Below are positions 29,211 through 40,436 of a DNA stretch of 64,000 nt, piece by piece. Origin of the DNA: an uncultured delta proteobacterium (GTDB lineage: Bacteria > Desulfobacterota > WTBG01); the NCBI GenBank assembly GCA_963793865.1, contig CAWCBP010000001.1, forward strand, positions 1 through 64,000. The letters are read 5' to 3'. Position 1 is the stretch's first letter. Each line of letters opens with the position of its first letter. The translations under genes were made by a program, and so were the position numbers. The notes below the pieces were generated by a model. That model made no database searches. It saw only the letters and a program-made list of their open reading frames with translations, and was not told the origin of the DNA.

Positions 29211-29693
29211 ATGAAGAGAATATGTTTTCTGCTGTTCATCATGCTCTGTGCTTGCGCGCCCTTCAAAAGCGCGCACGGCTTTCACGAGGTTGCCCTTCAT
29301 GGAGGGAGTGGCATCACCGAAGGATATGTGGAAAGCTATGGAACGGCCGAGGGCGCTGCTCACCAGCATACGGTGTGGCTTTACACCATGGCCGATTGCG
29401 CTTCAATCAGCTGGACGCTGGGGGAGAAGACGCACGGCGAGCCCCTTGCGTGCGGGACCGCTGCCGGTTTTATGGGCGTTCCCGAAGGCGTGCACCGTGT
29501 GGTTATCGAGGGCTGCGGTAAAAGCATAGCAGCCTACCTCAGCGTGAAAAAAGACCTGCATTTAATGATAGAACCCTCTGATTTGCATGCCGATGGCCGT
29601 TGCGGTGATGCCGGTTCCCCCGGATCCGGCGGCAGCTATTATGTTGATTTTGCCGAAACCCTGAGCTCCATCTCATTGATTTCAGAGCTCTGA
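29211..29693 (+). CDS. Hypothetical lipoprotein
   Basis: MKRICFLLFIMLCAC lipobox-like signal; GGAGGTGA RBS. Confidence 0.6.
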   Translation: MKRICFLLFIMLCACAPFKSAHGFHEVALHGGSGITEGYVESYGTAEGAAHQHTVWLYTMADCASISWTLGEKTHGEPLACGTAAGFMGVPEGVHRVVIEGCGKSIAAYLSVKKDLHLMIEPSDLHADGRCGDAGSPGSGGSYYVDFAETLSSISLISEL

Positions 29694-29755
29694 CCGGCGG
29701 TTGAAAAACACCCGTCCCCTGCATTACGCTCATCTTTCCTCATTGCTGCGCTCCT
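29694..29755. mobile_element. Degenerate left end of the IS5-like MITE
   Basis: CGGCGGTTGAAAAACACCC...TTACGCTCATC...TCATTGC aligns to 9434-9490. Confidence 0.55.
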
Positions 29756-29835
29756 AAAACCGCAAAGCTTCTCCTTTACCTGCCTGGTTTTCTGTGCTAT
29801 AGCAAAAACCAGGAAGTGTCGGGGGGAAGATCATC

Positions 29836-30096
29836 ATGGACGCGAGGGGTAAGGAACCGCAGCTGGAATTTATGCAGCTGGTTGATCTTTGCGTAAAAAA
29901 GAGCAGGGCGATCAGTCAGCTTATGGGAAACCTGGAGTCAGCCTTGAGGGAGTTCAACCGGCAGGACAACAGCGAAATCACCCTTGCCGCCATTCAGGAT
30001 GTGAATGACATATTAAACACCCTGATCAGCACCTGGGATCAGTGGGCCGTGGGTGTGAGCAAGGAAATGGATATCCTGGGCCGGTATAAAAAGTAA
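29836..30096 (+). CDS. Small hypothetical helical protein
   Basis: 86-aa ORF with a G-rich RBS. Confidence 0.55.
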   Translation: MDARGKEPQLEFMQLVDLCVKKSRAISQLMGNLESALREFNRQDNSEITLAAIQDVNDILNTLISTWDQWAVGVSKEMDILGRYKK

Positions 30097-30143
30097 TCAG
30101 AGCGGCCGCATGACCTGCCTTCGGTCCGGCAGCTCGCATTTCC

Positions 30144-31499
30144 TTACAGGACCGAGCCATTCGAAGCGATTACATCCCTATACCAGCGGGCTGAATCCTT
30201 CACTACCCGCTTCCCGCTTGGGTAATCAACGTACACCAGCCCGAACCGCTGACTGTAGCCTTCCGCCCACTCGAAATTGTCCAGGAGTGACCAGAGAAAA
30301 TAACCGCGCACATCGATGCCTTCAGCGCAGGCCCGCCTCAGCTCCCGCAAATAGCCGGTCAGAAAATCAATGCGTTCAGGATCGTGCACCCCGCCGTCAG
30401 TGTCTGCTATATCATTGCGGGCCATGCCGTTCTCCGAGATGATGACCGGAAGCTTATAGCGCTCGCAGTAGTATTTCGGTGCCCAGTAGAGCGATGACGG
30501 TACAACCGGCCAGCCGGAAGCGGTGTAGATCTGCCCGGGCGGCGGCTCGGCCTCCTCGGGAGAACCATTTGACCCGGCTCGATAGAATCGCCCGGAGTAA
30601 ACATTGATCCCCAGGAAGTCCAATGGCTGGCAGATAATGCTCATGTCACTGTTGCCAACAGAAGGCATTGCGCTGTCGAAAAGCAAGACGCCGTCTTCCG
30701 GGTAGCGGCCGAAGACAGCCGGGTCAATCCACCAGGTGCTGTTGCCGCAATCCTTCTGTGCAATATGAAAAAATGCCTCGCGGGCCGCCCGCACGTCATT
30801 GCCGCCGTCGGATGCGGGTACCGCCACCTCATTGGCGGCTACCGCGTAGCCGACGCCGGGCGCTGTTGTGGAGAGGCTGCGAATGGTTTGCACAGCCTTG
30901 CCGTGGGCAAGCAGGACGTTGTGGGCGATGGCAAGCACCTCGGTGAACGCCAGCCGGTCTCCCGGGGCATGGGTGCCATGCTGATACCCCATTCCCACAA
31001 AGATCTGCGGTTCGTTGAAGGTAAACCAGTGCCTGACCCGATCTGACAGCCGCTTGACAACCGCCGCAACGTAGTCGGCAAACCAGTCTGAACTTTCCCG
31101 ATTCAGCCATCCACCCGCTTCATACAGCTTCAAAGGATAGTCCCAGTGATGGAGCGTGACAAAAGGGGTTATGCCTGTCCCGAGCAGCGCGTCGATAAGG
31201 CGATCGTAGAAATCAAGTCCCGCCTGGTTGACGGTGCCTCTGCCCTGCGGCAGCACCCGCGGCCAGGCGATGGAAAAGCGGTAGGCCCTGAGGCCGAGCT
31301 CCCGCATGAGGGCAACGTCTTCCTTATAGCGGCGGTAATGATCGCAGGCCCTGTCCCCGCTTTCTCCCTGTCTTACCGCTCCCGGCCTTCGGCAAAACAT
31401 GTCCCAGACTGACGGGCCCCTGCCGTCTTCACATGCGGCGCCCTCAATTTGATAGGCGGAGGCGGCCGCGCCCCAAATGAAATCTCCCGGAAATGCCAT
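30144..31499 (-). CDS. GH1 beta-glucosidase
   Basis: WGAAASAYQIEG, TLHHWD, TFNEP (acid/base), SENG (nucleophile), WSLLDNFEW. Confidence 0.95.
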   Translation of the reverse strand: MAFPGDFIWGAAASAYQIEGAACEDGRGPSVWDMFCRRPGAVRQGESGDRACDHYRRYKEDVALMRELGLRAYRFSIAWPRVLPQGRGTVNQAGLDFYDRLIDALLGTGITPFVTLHHWDYPLKLYEAGGWLNRESSDWFADYVAAVVKRLSDRVRHWFTFNEPQIFVGMGYQHGTHAPGDRLAFTEVLAIAHNVLLAHGKAVQTIRSLSTTAPGVGYAVAANEVAVPASDGGNDVRAAREAFFHIAQKDCGNSTWWIDPAVFGRYPEDGVLLFDSAMPSVGNSDMSIICQPLDFLGINVYSGRFYRAGSNGSPEEAEPPPGQIYTASGWPVVPSSLYWAPKYYCERYKLPVIISENGMARNDIADTDGGVHDPERIDFLTGYLRELRRACAEGIDVRGYFLWSLLDNFEWAEGYSQRFGLVYVDYPSGKRVVKDSARWYRDVIASNGSVL

Positions 31500-31689
31500 G
31501 GTCACAGCTCTTCGGCGTATTGAGTCAGAATGGTGATAATGCCGTTGACACGGCTGGGGCTTTCACCTATAGTTCTGGACATATCCAGGCTATGGCCTGC
31601 TTCTCCGGCGCGAATGAATTTCACGCGTGCCGGACCAGCCGCTCGTTTGTTTTCTTTCCTTCGGTGATCCTGGGCCAGGGGTCTCATGC

Positions 31690-34600
31690 ATGCATACCCG
31701 GAAACAGCCTTCCATCACGTTCCCTTTTCAGCTTGAAAGCCCTTCGGGCTTGCGCGTGCAGGTCAACGCCAACGGTTCCATCCGGCGCATTGACTACCGC
31801 GATATCATGCTCAACCTCTTCCTCGGCACCGAGGTTGAAGGCGGGCCGGCAAACATTTATCTGCGCCGGCACGGGGAATCGATTGAAGCCATACCGCTCA
31901 TCGGGCCGCGCAGCACCGCGGCCATCGGATTCGGCAAGCGTTCCATGACCGCGAGGGGACGCTGGCGAGGCGCTTGACTTCCGCGTTTCGCTGCTCCTGG
32001 CTGATTCCGCCCCGGCCTGGTTCTGGCATGTGGCGCTGGAAAACACCGGCGCCGGGGCCGAGACGGTGGATCTTGTCTATGTCCAGGACCTGGCGATTGC
32101 AGATTACGGCGCGGTAAGGCTTAACGAGTATTATGTGAGCCACTACGTTGATCACACGCCGCTCTTGCACCCGCGGAAGGGGTGGGTGGTGGCATCGCGC
32201 CAGAATCTTTCTGTGGGCGGACGCAATCCCCTGACCGTAATCGGCGCCCTTGCAGGCGGCGTCAGCTATGCCACGGATGCCCTCCAGGTGTATGGCCTGG
32301 CAAACCGGTCGGGGTCAGGGCCGCTGGTGCTCACGCAGGAACTTCCCGGAAGCCGCCTGCAGCACGAGCACTCCATGGTTGCGGTCCAGGATGCGGCCAT
32401 GGAACTCGGGCCCGGCGCCGTATCGGAACGCGGTTTCTTCGGCTGGTTTGAAGAGCATCATCCTGATGCAAGCTCTTCCGAGGATCTCGTCTTTGTAGAC
32501 AGGGCCCTGTCATTGTCCGGGGCCGTACCGGATGAGGAACCGGACGAAATCATCCCCGCAGCCGCTGCGCCGAGTCTTTTCAGTACCGCCCCATTGCTGG
32601 AAGCGCTGGAGCTGAGCGACGATGAAACAACCCGCCTCTTTGGCGGTGATCGCCACGATGAAGAGTACGAGGACGACCGTCTGCTCTCTTTTTTCACCGG
32701 CATGAACCGTCACGTGGTGCTCAAAGCCAAGGAGTTACGGGTATTGCGTCCCCACGGCCATATCATGCGCACCGGCGGCGGCCTGATTCCTGACGAGGCC
32801 TCGCTGACCTCCACCGCCTGGATGGCCGGCGTATTTCATTCCATGGTAACACAGGGCCACGTGAACATCAACCGCTTCCTCTCCACCGCCCACAGCTATC
32901 TGCGCCTCCTCTGTTCAAACGGTCAGCGCATTTTCGTTGAGCTGGACAACCGATGGCAGTTGCTCGATGTGCCCTCCGCCTTCGCCATGGAGCCCGACGG
33001 CTGCCGCTGGATTTATAAACACAATGCTGGGCTGATCGAAGTTCGCAGCGGCGCCCCGGCTGACAGCCATGTACTTACCCTAGCCCTCAACGTACTTTCG
33101 GGTGATCCCGTCCGTTTCCTGATTTCCAACCACGTGGCCATCAACGGGGATGACGGCAGCAATGCGGTGCCGGTGGAATGTGAGGAGGACCACGAAGGAA
33201 TTTTTGTTCGCGCAGTGCCCGATTGTGATGTGGGCCGCCGTTTCCCAGAAGGCGGTTTCCGCATTGCCTTTCAACCGGGCACAGCCGTTGAACGAACCGG
33301 TCGGGATGAGCTGCTCTTTGCCGACGGCCAATCCCGCAATCTGCCGTTTTTGTGCGTGCTCACCGCGCCCGCGCTCTCAGCAGGGCTGCAGATATCAGGA
33401 TGCCTTATTGATAAAGACGAAAGCGCAATGGCAGCGCCGGCTGCCGAAGGGTATGGGAGTGATTTGACGCCGGTGCTCAGCGTTGCTCCGCCCGCGGCAA
33501 GTCCACTGGCGGGGCCGATGTCACGTTTTAAAACCATCCTCCCCTGGTACATACAGAACGCCTTTATCCACTACCTTGCCCCGCGCGGGCTGGAGCAGTA
33601 TTCCGGGGGCGGATGGGGCGTGCGGGATGTCTGCCAGGGGCCGGTGGAACTCCTGCTGGCCCTGGGCCGTTTCGAGCCGGTACGGGACCTCCTGATCCGC
33701 GTTTTCAGGACACAGAATCCGGACGGGGACTGGCCGCAGTGGTTCATGTTTTTTGAACGGGAGCGAAACATCAGGCCGGGCGATTCCCACGGTGACATCG
33801 TCTTCTGGCCTTTGTTGGCCCTGGCCCAGTACCTGATTGCTTCGGGCGATGCGGGGCTGCTTGAGGAGCAGGCGGTTTTCTTTCATCCTGAAGGCGACGG
33901 GCAGGCCGAGCGTGCAACGGTGTGGCAGCACGTTGAGCGTGCTCTGGCGGTGATTGCCGCCCGGGTCATACACGGTACCCGGCTGGCGGCTTACGGCAAC
34001 GGTGATTGGAACGACTCGCTGCAGCCGGCACAGCCGGCCATGCGCGAGCGCCTCTGCAGCAGCTGGACGGTAACCCTCCATTACCAGACCCTGACCACGC
34101 TGGCTGAAGCCCTGCGCGGGCGGGGCCATGAGGACGCCGCCGGCCGGTGTGAGACCATGGCTGCCGGAGTCCGCGAGGAGTTCGGACGGCTGCTGGTTGA
34201 TGAGGTCCTGGCCGGATTTGCCTTTTTCCATGAGGACGGGATCCATCGAATACCTGCTGCATCCCCGAGACCGGATCACCGGGCTCTCCTACAGTCTGCT
34301 GCCCATGATACATGCCATAATCAATGACCTGTTAACCCCTGAGCAGGCGCGCCGGCATCTGCAGATCATCAGGGATCATCTGCTCGGTCCAGATGGCGCC
34401 CGGCTCTTTGACCGCCCGGTGCAATACCGGGGCGGCACACAGCGCTACTTCCAGCGGGCGGAAAGCACTTCTTTCTTTGGCCGGGAAAACGGACTTATGT
34501 ACACCCACGCCCACCTGCGCTACGCGGAAGCGCTCGCGCATTACGGTGACGCCGATGGTTTTTTCCGGGCCCTGTGTCAGGCCAACCCTGTCGGCATGAA

Positions 34601-35078
34601 AGAGCTGGTGCCTCCCGCGAGACTGCGCCAGGCCAATTGTTATTACTCAAGCTCCGATGCGGCGTTCGCCGACCGCTACCAGGCATATGCCGAGTATGAG
34701 AAGGTGATGAAAGGGGAAGTTCCGCTTGAGGGTGGCTGGCGGGTGTATTCGAGCGGGGCGGGCATTGCAACCGGACTCATCATGCGCTGTCTTTTTGGTT
34801 TTCTCCAGGGGAAAACGGATCTGGTGGTTGACCCGGTGATCCCGACGTCTCTTGACGGATTGCGGGTGAGGATGCAGCTGCGGGACGGCCTGTTTGACGT
34901 GACCTACCATAGCAGCGGTGCAGGCTGCGGACCCGCAAAGGTGATTTTAAATGGTGCGGAGCTACACTTTACCCGCGGTGCCAATCCCTATCGCACCGGG
35001 GCAGCCAGGATTTCCCTGGAGGAGATCCGGAAACATCTCACCGCGGATATTAATCAGCTCACCGTGCATGTGGGTTGA
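31690..35078 (+). CDS. GH94 phosphorylase, 1,2-beta-oligoglucan phosphorylase (SOGP)-type; frameshifts at about 31972 and 34241
   Basis: NEYYVSHYVDH, HYLAPRGLEQYSGGGWGVRDVCQGP, WPQWFMF, GDWNDSLQP, GRENGLMYTHAHLRY, YSSSDA, GWRVYSSG; three ORFs join after removing two single bases. Confidence 0.85.
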
Positions 35079-35084
35079 TGCGAT

Positions 35085-35108
35085 GGAGGGCCATGCTCCG
35101 TCATGGCC
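35085..35108 (+). repeat. REP-C GGAGGGCCATGCTCCGTCATGGCC
   Basis: Also at 44228; inverted copies at 38354 and 44635. Confidence 0.75.
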
Positions 35109-35133
35109 GTTTAAGAACCATGTCCCTCCATGT

Positions 35134-38100
35134 CTAGAATCGCACCACTACCTCTGCCGGGCATTCCCGAAGCGTGAAGCTTGCATCGGTAAAACTGTCA
35201 GTCGGCCGGTCGTTGACCTCGACCTTCCTGATGGGCAGCGGTAACGGCGGTTTCACCACGATTCCTCCCCCCGGCACGACGATCCCTTCCCGAAGAGTAA
35301 AGTGCAGTATCTCGGCACCCTCAAGACGCAGTCCATACGATATCTTGCCGTAATAGGTTGCAAGGCCCTCAATCGCCACTTCAAATCCATCATTGAGCCA
35401 CTCCGGCGAAATCCCGGCGGCTACAACCAACGACCGGTCTGCCTCGCGTTCATAGGCGAACATGCTGCAGACGGACAGGATATATTCCGCGCTGATCCAG
35501 GTGTGGGGCAGGTCACCCATGAAGCTGGGGCTCCGCTGGTCACGCCAGGTAATTTCCGGCCACTGGTTCCAGGGCGGGATGCGCCGGTCGGAGAGCATGA
35601 ACGCCGCCACGTCCAGCGCGTCACGGCGCCTGCCCAGCCTGATCAGAGCCCCGATGATGCGGATCTCATAGGCAGTGTAATTGTTCCACTCCAGGGTGCC
35701 GCCGGTCCGCTCCCGGAAGCCCTCCAGGTATTTGCCAAAGGTATTGTGCGTCTCTGCCGGGGGCATCAGGTGCAGCAGGTCAAGGAGCCCTATGGCGTTT
35801 GAGGTGGCCGTGGGATCGAAATCACCGAACTCAACCGAACCCGGCACAAAATCGATGCCGTGCCGGGCGATGGTTGCCGACAGCGACGCGCGCACGTCTT
35901 CGCTCAAGGAGTCATGCAGCGCGGCAAGACGCGATGCCTCCTCTGCATTGCCCAGCTCGGACTCGAGCCATGCCGCGTCTGCCAGCCCGCGGATGGCCCA
36001 GAAATCATCCCAGTAGGCATGCACCGGGTGCGCCATGTATCCCTCGTGGCTCATGGATTCGGGAAGCAGACCGTAGCAGGCAATTTTGTCTGCGGTCCGG
36101 TATTCATCGGTCAAACGGCTGCTGCGCAGGTGTTCCAGGTAGGCAACCGTTTTGCGCACCGCCGGCCGCATCTCCTCCAGAAACGACTTGTCGCCGGTGA
36201 AGCGGTAGTATTCCATGACGGCGAACAGGAGCTGTCCATAGGCGTCGAATTCCGGAAGCCACTCGGCGCCTTCCCGGTCCACGCAATCGGGAAGGGTCCC
36301 ATCCGCGGCCTGGTAAGGGGCATACCAGCGGATGAAGTCGCGCAGGGCATCGGTGCAGCCCAGGCGGAGCAGGGCAGCGCCCATGATGACACCATCCCGT
36401 ATCCAGGAGCGCGAGTAGCGGCGCGGCCCGGGATGCAGCGCGGGGCCGTCGCGGTTGATCAGAATGTGGGCGGCGGCGGTCTTCAGGGTATGAGCAACAT
36501 CCGTCGTGCCGGGTGGAATGGTGATGGCGACGGCGCTGAGCCGTGCTTCCCAGTCTTGTACTGTGTGATCAAACGGCTCACCATCCATGAGCCCCTGCAC
36601 CCGTGATAGAATCAACCCGCTCGACTCACGGTCGATGGGTCCGAGGGGGATGGCAAGAGCGGCTTCCGCTGAAGCGCCCGGTGCCGGCTTCAAGTCAAAC
36701 CGCAGCGCACCTGACGCATATCCGAAATGGTCATGCACCTCCGGTTGGGAAGGCACATCACCGGCTGACAGATGCTTGCCCACCGTTCCTTCGTCAAAAG
36801 CCGCTGCCCCGAATGCGGCGGGAGGATTCAGGGGAATGACCGCCCTGGTGTTGTTAACCCAGACCACGCCTTCGCTGATGGAAAGGTCATCGATGCGGCT
36901 GACGCCTCCGAAAGACCGCCAGTTCTGCCAGGTCGGCGTTACCTGGAACGGCACCAGCGCAGCAAACAGGGTTACCGATTCTTTTTCATCTCCTCGGTTT
37001 TCCACACGGTAGCGAATGATCAGTACCGGCTTGCCGGGTTCCCCGGTCACATAGGCGGTAATATTCATGGACAGGCAGCCGATCCGCCATTCAGCAGTGG
37101 GTATGGGCAGGCAATCATTTTCCAGCCTCTGATTGAGTTCGGCATCAGCCCAGGTAATAAGCCTGCCATCCCGGTAGAGGAATGGCACGATGGAAAAGGT
37201 GCCCGCGTCCGGTTCCACCATGCCCTCTTCATTGAACAGGGCCTGCCCATCACCTTCACCGCTGCCGACCGGGGTCCAATAGGTCTGCCGGTTATACAGA
37301 TATTTGGGGTACAGCCCAGGCTGTTCTTCCTGCGCGATGTACTGGAAGAACTGATTGAGGGAGCGCGAGAAGTCGAAGGGTTTTACCGTAAGTGAGGTGA
37401 TGCCGACTCCTTCGCTTTCGACGCTGCGAAGGAAATGAAGCCGCAGATGTCGCGAGCGGGTCCGGGGGAGGTACAGATAGTTGCGGTCGCGTGCCGCCTG
37501 CTGCGACGTATAGACGGCTTCCCAAGCAGATCCGTCGGAAGATATGTCAATGCTGAATTGTTCCGGCGCAAAGCCATCCTCCCATTGAATGATCAGCCCG
37601 CCGTATTCACGCTCCTGCAAAAAATCAATCAGCAGCCACGGCGCATCATCCTCTGCGGTGCTTCTCCAGGATGTATTCGATGACAGATCAAGCGCGTGGT
37701 CCGGCGCATACCCGGGCAGCGCACTTGATGCTGCAACCGATGGGGTCAGGCGGTAGGTATCATCACTGTAATAAATGCTGTCTATCCATATTGTGCCCCT
37801 GCCGCCCGGCCCGGCGGCAATGACCAGCTCCATGGCGGTGACCGTGGTTGCCGGGCCGCCGCCCAGCGGCCCCCAGGCAAATTCGATCTGATTGTTCCCT
37901 ATGTGCACCGGCTGCCATTCTGCATGGAAATCGAAGGACTCCACGCGGTAGCGCCAGACATTTTTATCCGAGGGATCCATGAGCTTGAACTCGAATATGT
38001 TGCTTGGCGCGTTACCCCTGATCTGAAAACTGAAGGAGTAGCTTTCGGGGAGCTCGAGCGGGAACAGCTTGCGGGCAACTACAAAACCGCCGCCGCCGCA

Positions 38101-38232
38101 AAAATCAAAATCAAGCCGCATGGAATTGCCGTGAGGGCCCTGGTCCTGAGAAATGGTAAGCTTTGACTGTCCGGAGGTGATGGCAGTCCAGCCGGAGAGG
38201 TCCTCAAAGTCGTCAAGCACTGTTTCTTGCAT
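35134..38232 (-). CDS. CBM-like + discoidin (F5/8C) + six-hairpin glycosidase-like protein
   Basis: AASS..ALD....TSWRS..WLLIDF (F5/8C); YSRSWIRDG, PESMSHEGY, YWDDFWA, WNQWPE, GDLPHTW in the C-terminal half; no signal peptide. Confidence 0.75.
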   Translation of the reverse strand: MQETVLDDFEDLSGWTAITSGQSKLTISQDQGPHGNSMRLDFDFCGGGGFVVARKLFPLELPESYSFSFQIRGNAPSNIFEFKLMDPSDKNVWRYRVESFDFHAEWQPVHIGNNQIEFAWGPLGGGPATTVTAMELVIAAGPGGRGTIWIDSIYYSDDTYRLTPSVAASSALPGYAPDHALDLSSNTSWRSTAEDDAPWLLIDFLQEREYGGLIIQWEDGFAPEQFSIDISSDGSAWEAVYTSQQAARDRNYLYLPRTRSRHLRLHFLRSVESEGVGITSLTVKPFDFSRSLNQFFQYIAQEEQPGLYPKYLYNRQTYWTPVGSGEGDGQALFNEEGMVEPDAGTFSIVPFLYRDGRLITWADAELNQRLENDCLPIPTAEWRIGCLSMNITAYVTGEPGKPVLIIRYRVENRGDEKESVTLFAALVPFQVTPTWQNWRSFGGVSRIDDLSISEGVVWVNNTRAVIPLNPPAAFGAAAFDEGTVGKHLSAGDVPSQPEVHDHFGYASGALRFDLKPAPGASAEAALAIPLGPIDRESSGLILSRVQGLMDGEPFDHTVQDWEARLSAVAITIPPGTTDVAHTLKTAAAHILINRDGPALHPGPRRYSRSWIRDGVIMGAALLRLGCTDALRDFIRWYAPYQAADGTLPDCVDREGAEWLPEFDAYGQLLFAVMEYYRFTGDKSFLEEMRPAVRKTVAYLEHLRSSRLTDEYRTADKIACYGLLPESMSHEGYMAHPVHAYWDDFWAIRGLADAAWLESELGNAEEASRLAALHDSLSEDVRASLSATIARHGIDFVPGSVEFGDFDPTATSNAIGLLDLLHLMPPAETHNTFGKYLEGFRERTGGTLEWNNYTAYEIRIIGALIRLGRRRDALDVAAFMLSDRRIPPWNQWPEITWRDQRSPSFMGDLPHTWISAEYILSVCSMFAYEREADRSLVVAAGISPEWLNDGFEVAIEGLATYYGKISYGLRLEGAEILHFTLREGIVVPGGGIVVKPPLPLPIRKVEVNDRPTDSFTDASFTLRECPAEVVVRF

Positions 38233-38261
38233 GGCAATCCTCGTTGATTCGAAAGTCAGGT

Positions 38262-38522
38262 CCGCTTCGTAGGGGCGACCGGCCGGTCGCCCCGACATGT
38301 GGATAAAAAAACACGGGGAGGGACGCGCTCCGTCGCATCCGATTATTTATTACGGCCATGACAGAGCATGGCCCTCCATCAGCAACGTCATCCTGTGACT
38401 TGATCGCAGGATCCAAAAAAAAGAAACTGGATTCTGCAGTCGAGCCGCAGAATGACGTGTCTATGGAATAACAGTTTCATATTTTGTGGTGCCCGTCACG
38501 GGCATGGGTGTTTGATTCTAAG
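38262..38522. repeat. REP mosaic: REP-B, REP-C pair, GTCATCCTG..GGATCCA/TGGATTC..GAATGAC palindromes and a GTGGTGCCC..GTTTGATTC end motif
   Basis: 38269-38378 aligns to 44549-44659; 38476-38520 resembles 44488-44535. Confidence 0.7.
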
Positions 38523-38533
38523 ACAAGCAGGCG

Positions 38534-40277
38534 TCAGCCCTGAACCGGTTTATAAGTCCAGGCACCGCCGTCCTGCAATTCCAGCACATCGTCGTACAGT
38601 TTAAGCTTATCCCGGCCCTCTTCGAAGGTTACGTAAGAGATGTCTCGCTCGCGCATCATTTCCAGTATCCATTCCACCTGCTCCGGGCTCAGCGCTGCGC
38701 TCGGGCGATGCAGGAATGCAAAGCGGGGCCTTGCCAGGAGAAGGCGGGCGACGACCAGGAGCTGCTGATCTGACAGGGGAAGCGTGTTTTCCCAGTGATG
38801 CCGCTTATCCCAGCCCCCGAATCCGGTTACCAGGGTTTCGATCTTTAAACCGGCCAGCGTTTTCAGCATCTCTTCATCTGAAACCTGGATTGCCTTCAGG
38901 CGGCGGTCGACCGGACCGTCCTCCTCCGGCCAGGGACCGAGAAGCAATTCGCGGAGAGTGGCGGGAGGTAAAAAGGGCAATTCCGGCAGCAGCATGACCT
39001 TATCAAGGCCCGGCCGTGCTATATGCCCATCGCCCGCTTCCCATAGCCCGACAGTAGCGTAGGCCAGGGCGGTTCGGGCTGTTTTATCCCGGCTCAGTAC
39101 CAGCACCCGCCTTCCATGGGGAATGGCAAGCGTCAGCTCCTTTATCAGCACGCGGCCGCTTCGGGGCGAGCGCAGCGTCAGCTGCCGGTAGTCAATCCGG
39201 TCCGGGTCCTTTGAAAAGGTAATGGCGGATATGCGCTCCTGCATTTCCTTCTCGCGCGCCTCGGTGAGCGAAGCCAGCCGGGAGATGACCGCCGCATAGG
39301 AAGAGATGGACTGGAACTGGGTGACAATGAGAGAGAAGGCCCCCGAGCAGCTGGGTGAATGCCATGGCCGATTGGGTGATGACGCCGAACTCCACCTTTC
39401 CATTAATGAAGAGCGGCGCGATAATCAGGGCGGGGATAATCTGGATCAGCCAGTTGTAGCCGGTGGTGAAAAAATTGAGGTTGCGGTTTACATTGATAAT
39501 ACGTCGGAAGTTGTTCAGCAGGTCATTGAGGTTCCTCATGCTCAGCTGTAGCAGCCCGCCTTCACGGCATGAGACGGCCACGGACTCGGCATTGGCCCTG
39601 AGATAGGTGAGCGAAGCCCGGAAGTTTGCCTCCTTGTCCAGCTGATCGTAGTTCAGGTGCATAAGGGGGCGTCCAAGGATGAAGGTGAAAAAGGTTCCCG
39701 CGGCTGCGTATGCCACCGCCACGATGAAGAGCAGGGGGCTGATGGACCAGAGAACTCCTGAGAAGGCAATCACGGTCAGGGTGCCGTTGAGCAGCATGAG
39801 CACAAAAGAGAGGGTGGTGGTGCAGTAGGCGCGGACATCATCGGCAATGCGCTGGTCCGGGTTTCCCACCTCACCCTTTAATTTGAGCCGGTAATAAACC
39901 CGGTCGTCGACATAGGCGATGATAAAGCGGCGGGTCAGCCATTCCCGCCAGAGCATTCCAAGACGCTCCTCGACATAGCGGTGGATGACGGCAACAACGG
40001 TGGAAGCGGCAAACACGCAGAGGTAAAAGAGGGCCTGCCGGATGAATTCGCCCATGTTGCGGTTTTCAATGGCGGTCATGAAATCGCGGCCGACGTAGCT
40101 GTTGATGACGTTCAGGCCGTTGATGCCGAATAAAAAAAGAATAAGTATGGCAAAGAACCATCGCGCCTTCAGGCCGACCTGCTCAGCAAAAAGAAAATTT
40201 TTCACGCTCCGGACGAAGCGTTTCCAAAAATGGCGATCGACCGGTATGTATTCTTCTGGCATTGTCTCATTCCGCAC
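38534..40277 (-). CDS. YddA/ABC-D-type fused ABC transporter; frameshift in the C5 run at about 39340
   Basis: NPDQRIADDV, KEANFRASL..NAESVA, GVITQSAMAF; NBD with degenerate Walker A (SRDKTART) and Walker B (FAFLH). Confidence 0.82.
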
Positions 40278-40388
40278 GGGTCGGAGAAGTCAAGGAAACC
40301 GCTCTTTGGGAGGCATTTTATATCAATTTTGAGAGAATATAAAATATCTTTATTGCACTTCAGGTTATCCTGTTAAAAAACCTATAAA

Positions 40389-40436
40389 ATACAACATGTT
40401 GTGCAAAATAAAAAAAATATACACAATAAGTTGACA
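40389..40436 (+). promoter_or_regulatory. Tandem NrdR boxes upstream of nrdJ
   Basis: ATACAACATGTTGTGC (40389) and ACACAATAAGTTGACA (40421) resemble acaCwAtATaTwGtgt and start 32 bp apart. Confidence 0.75.
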
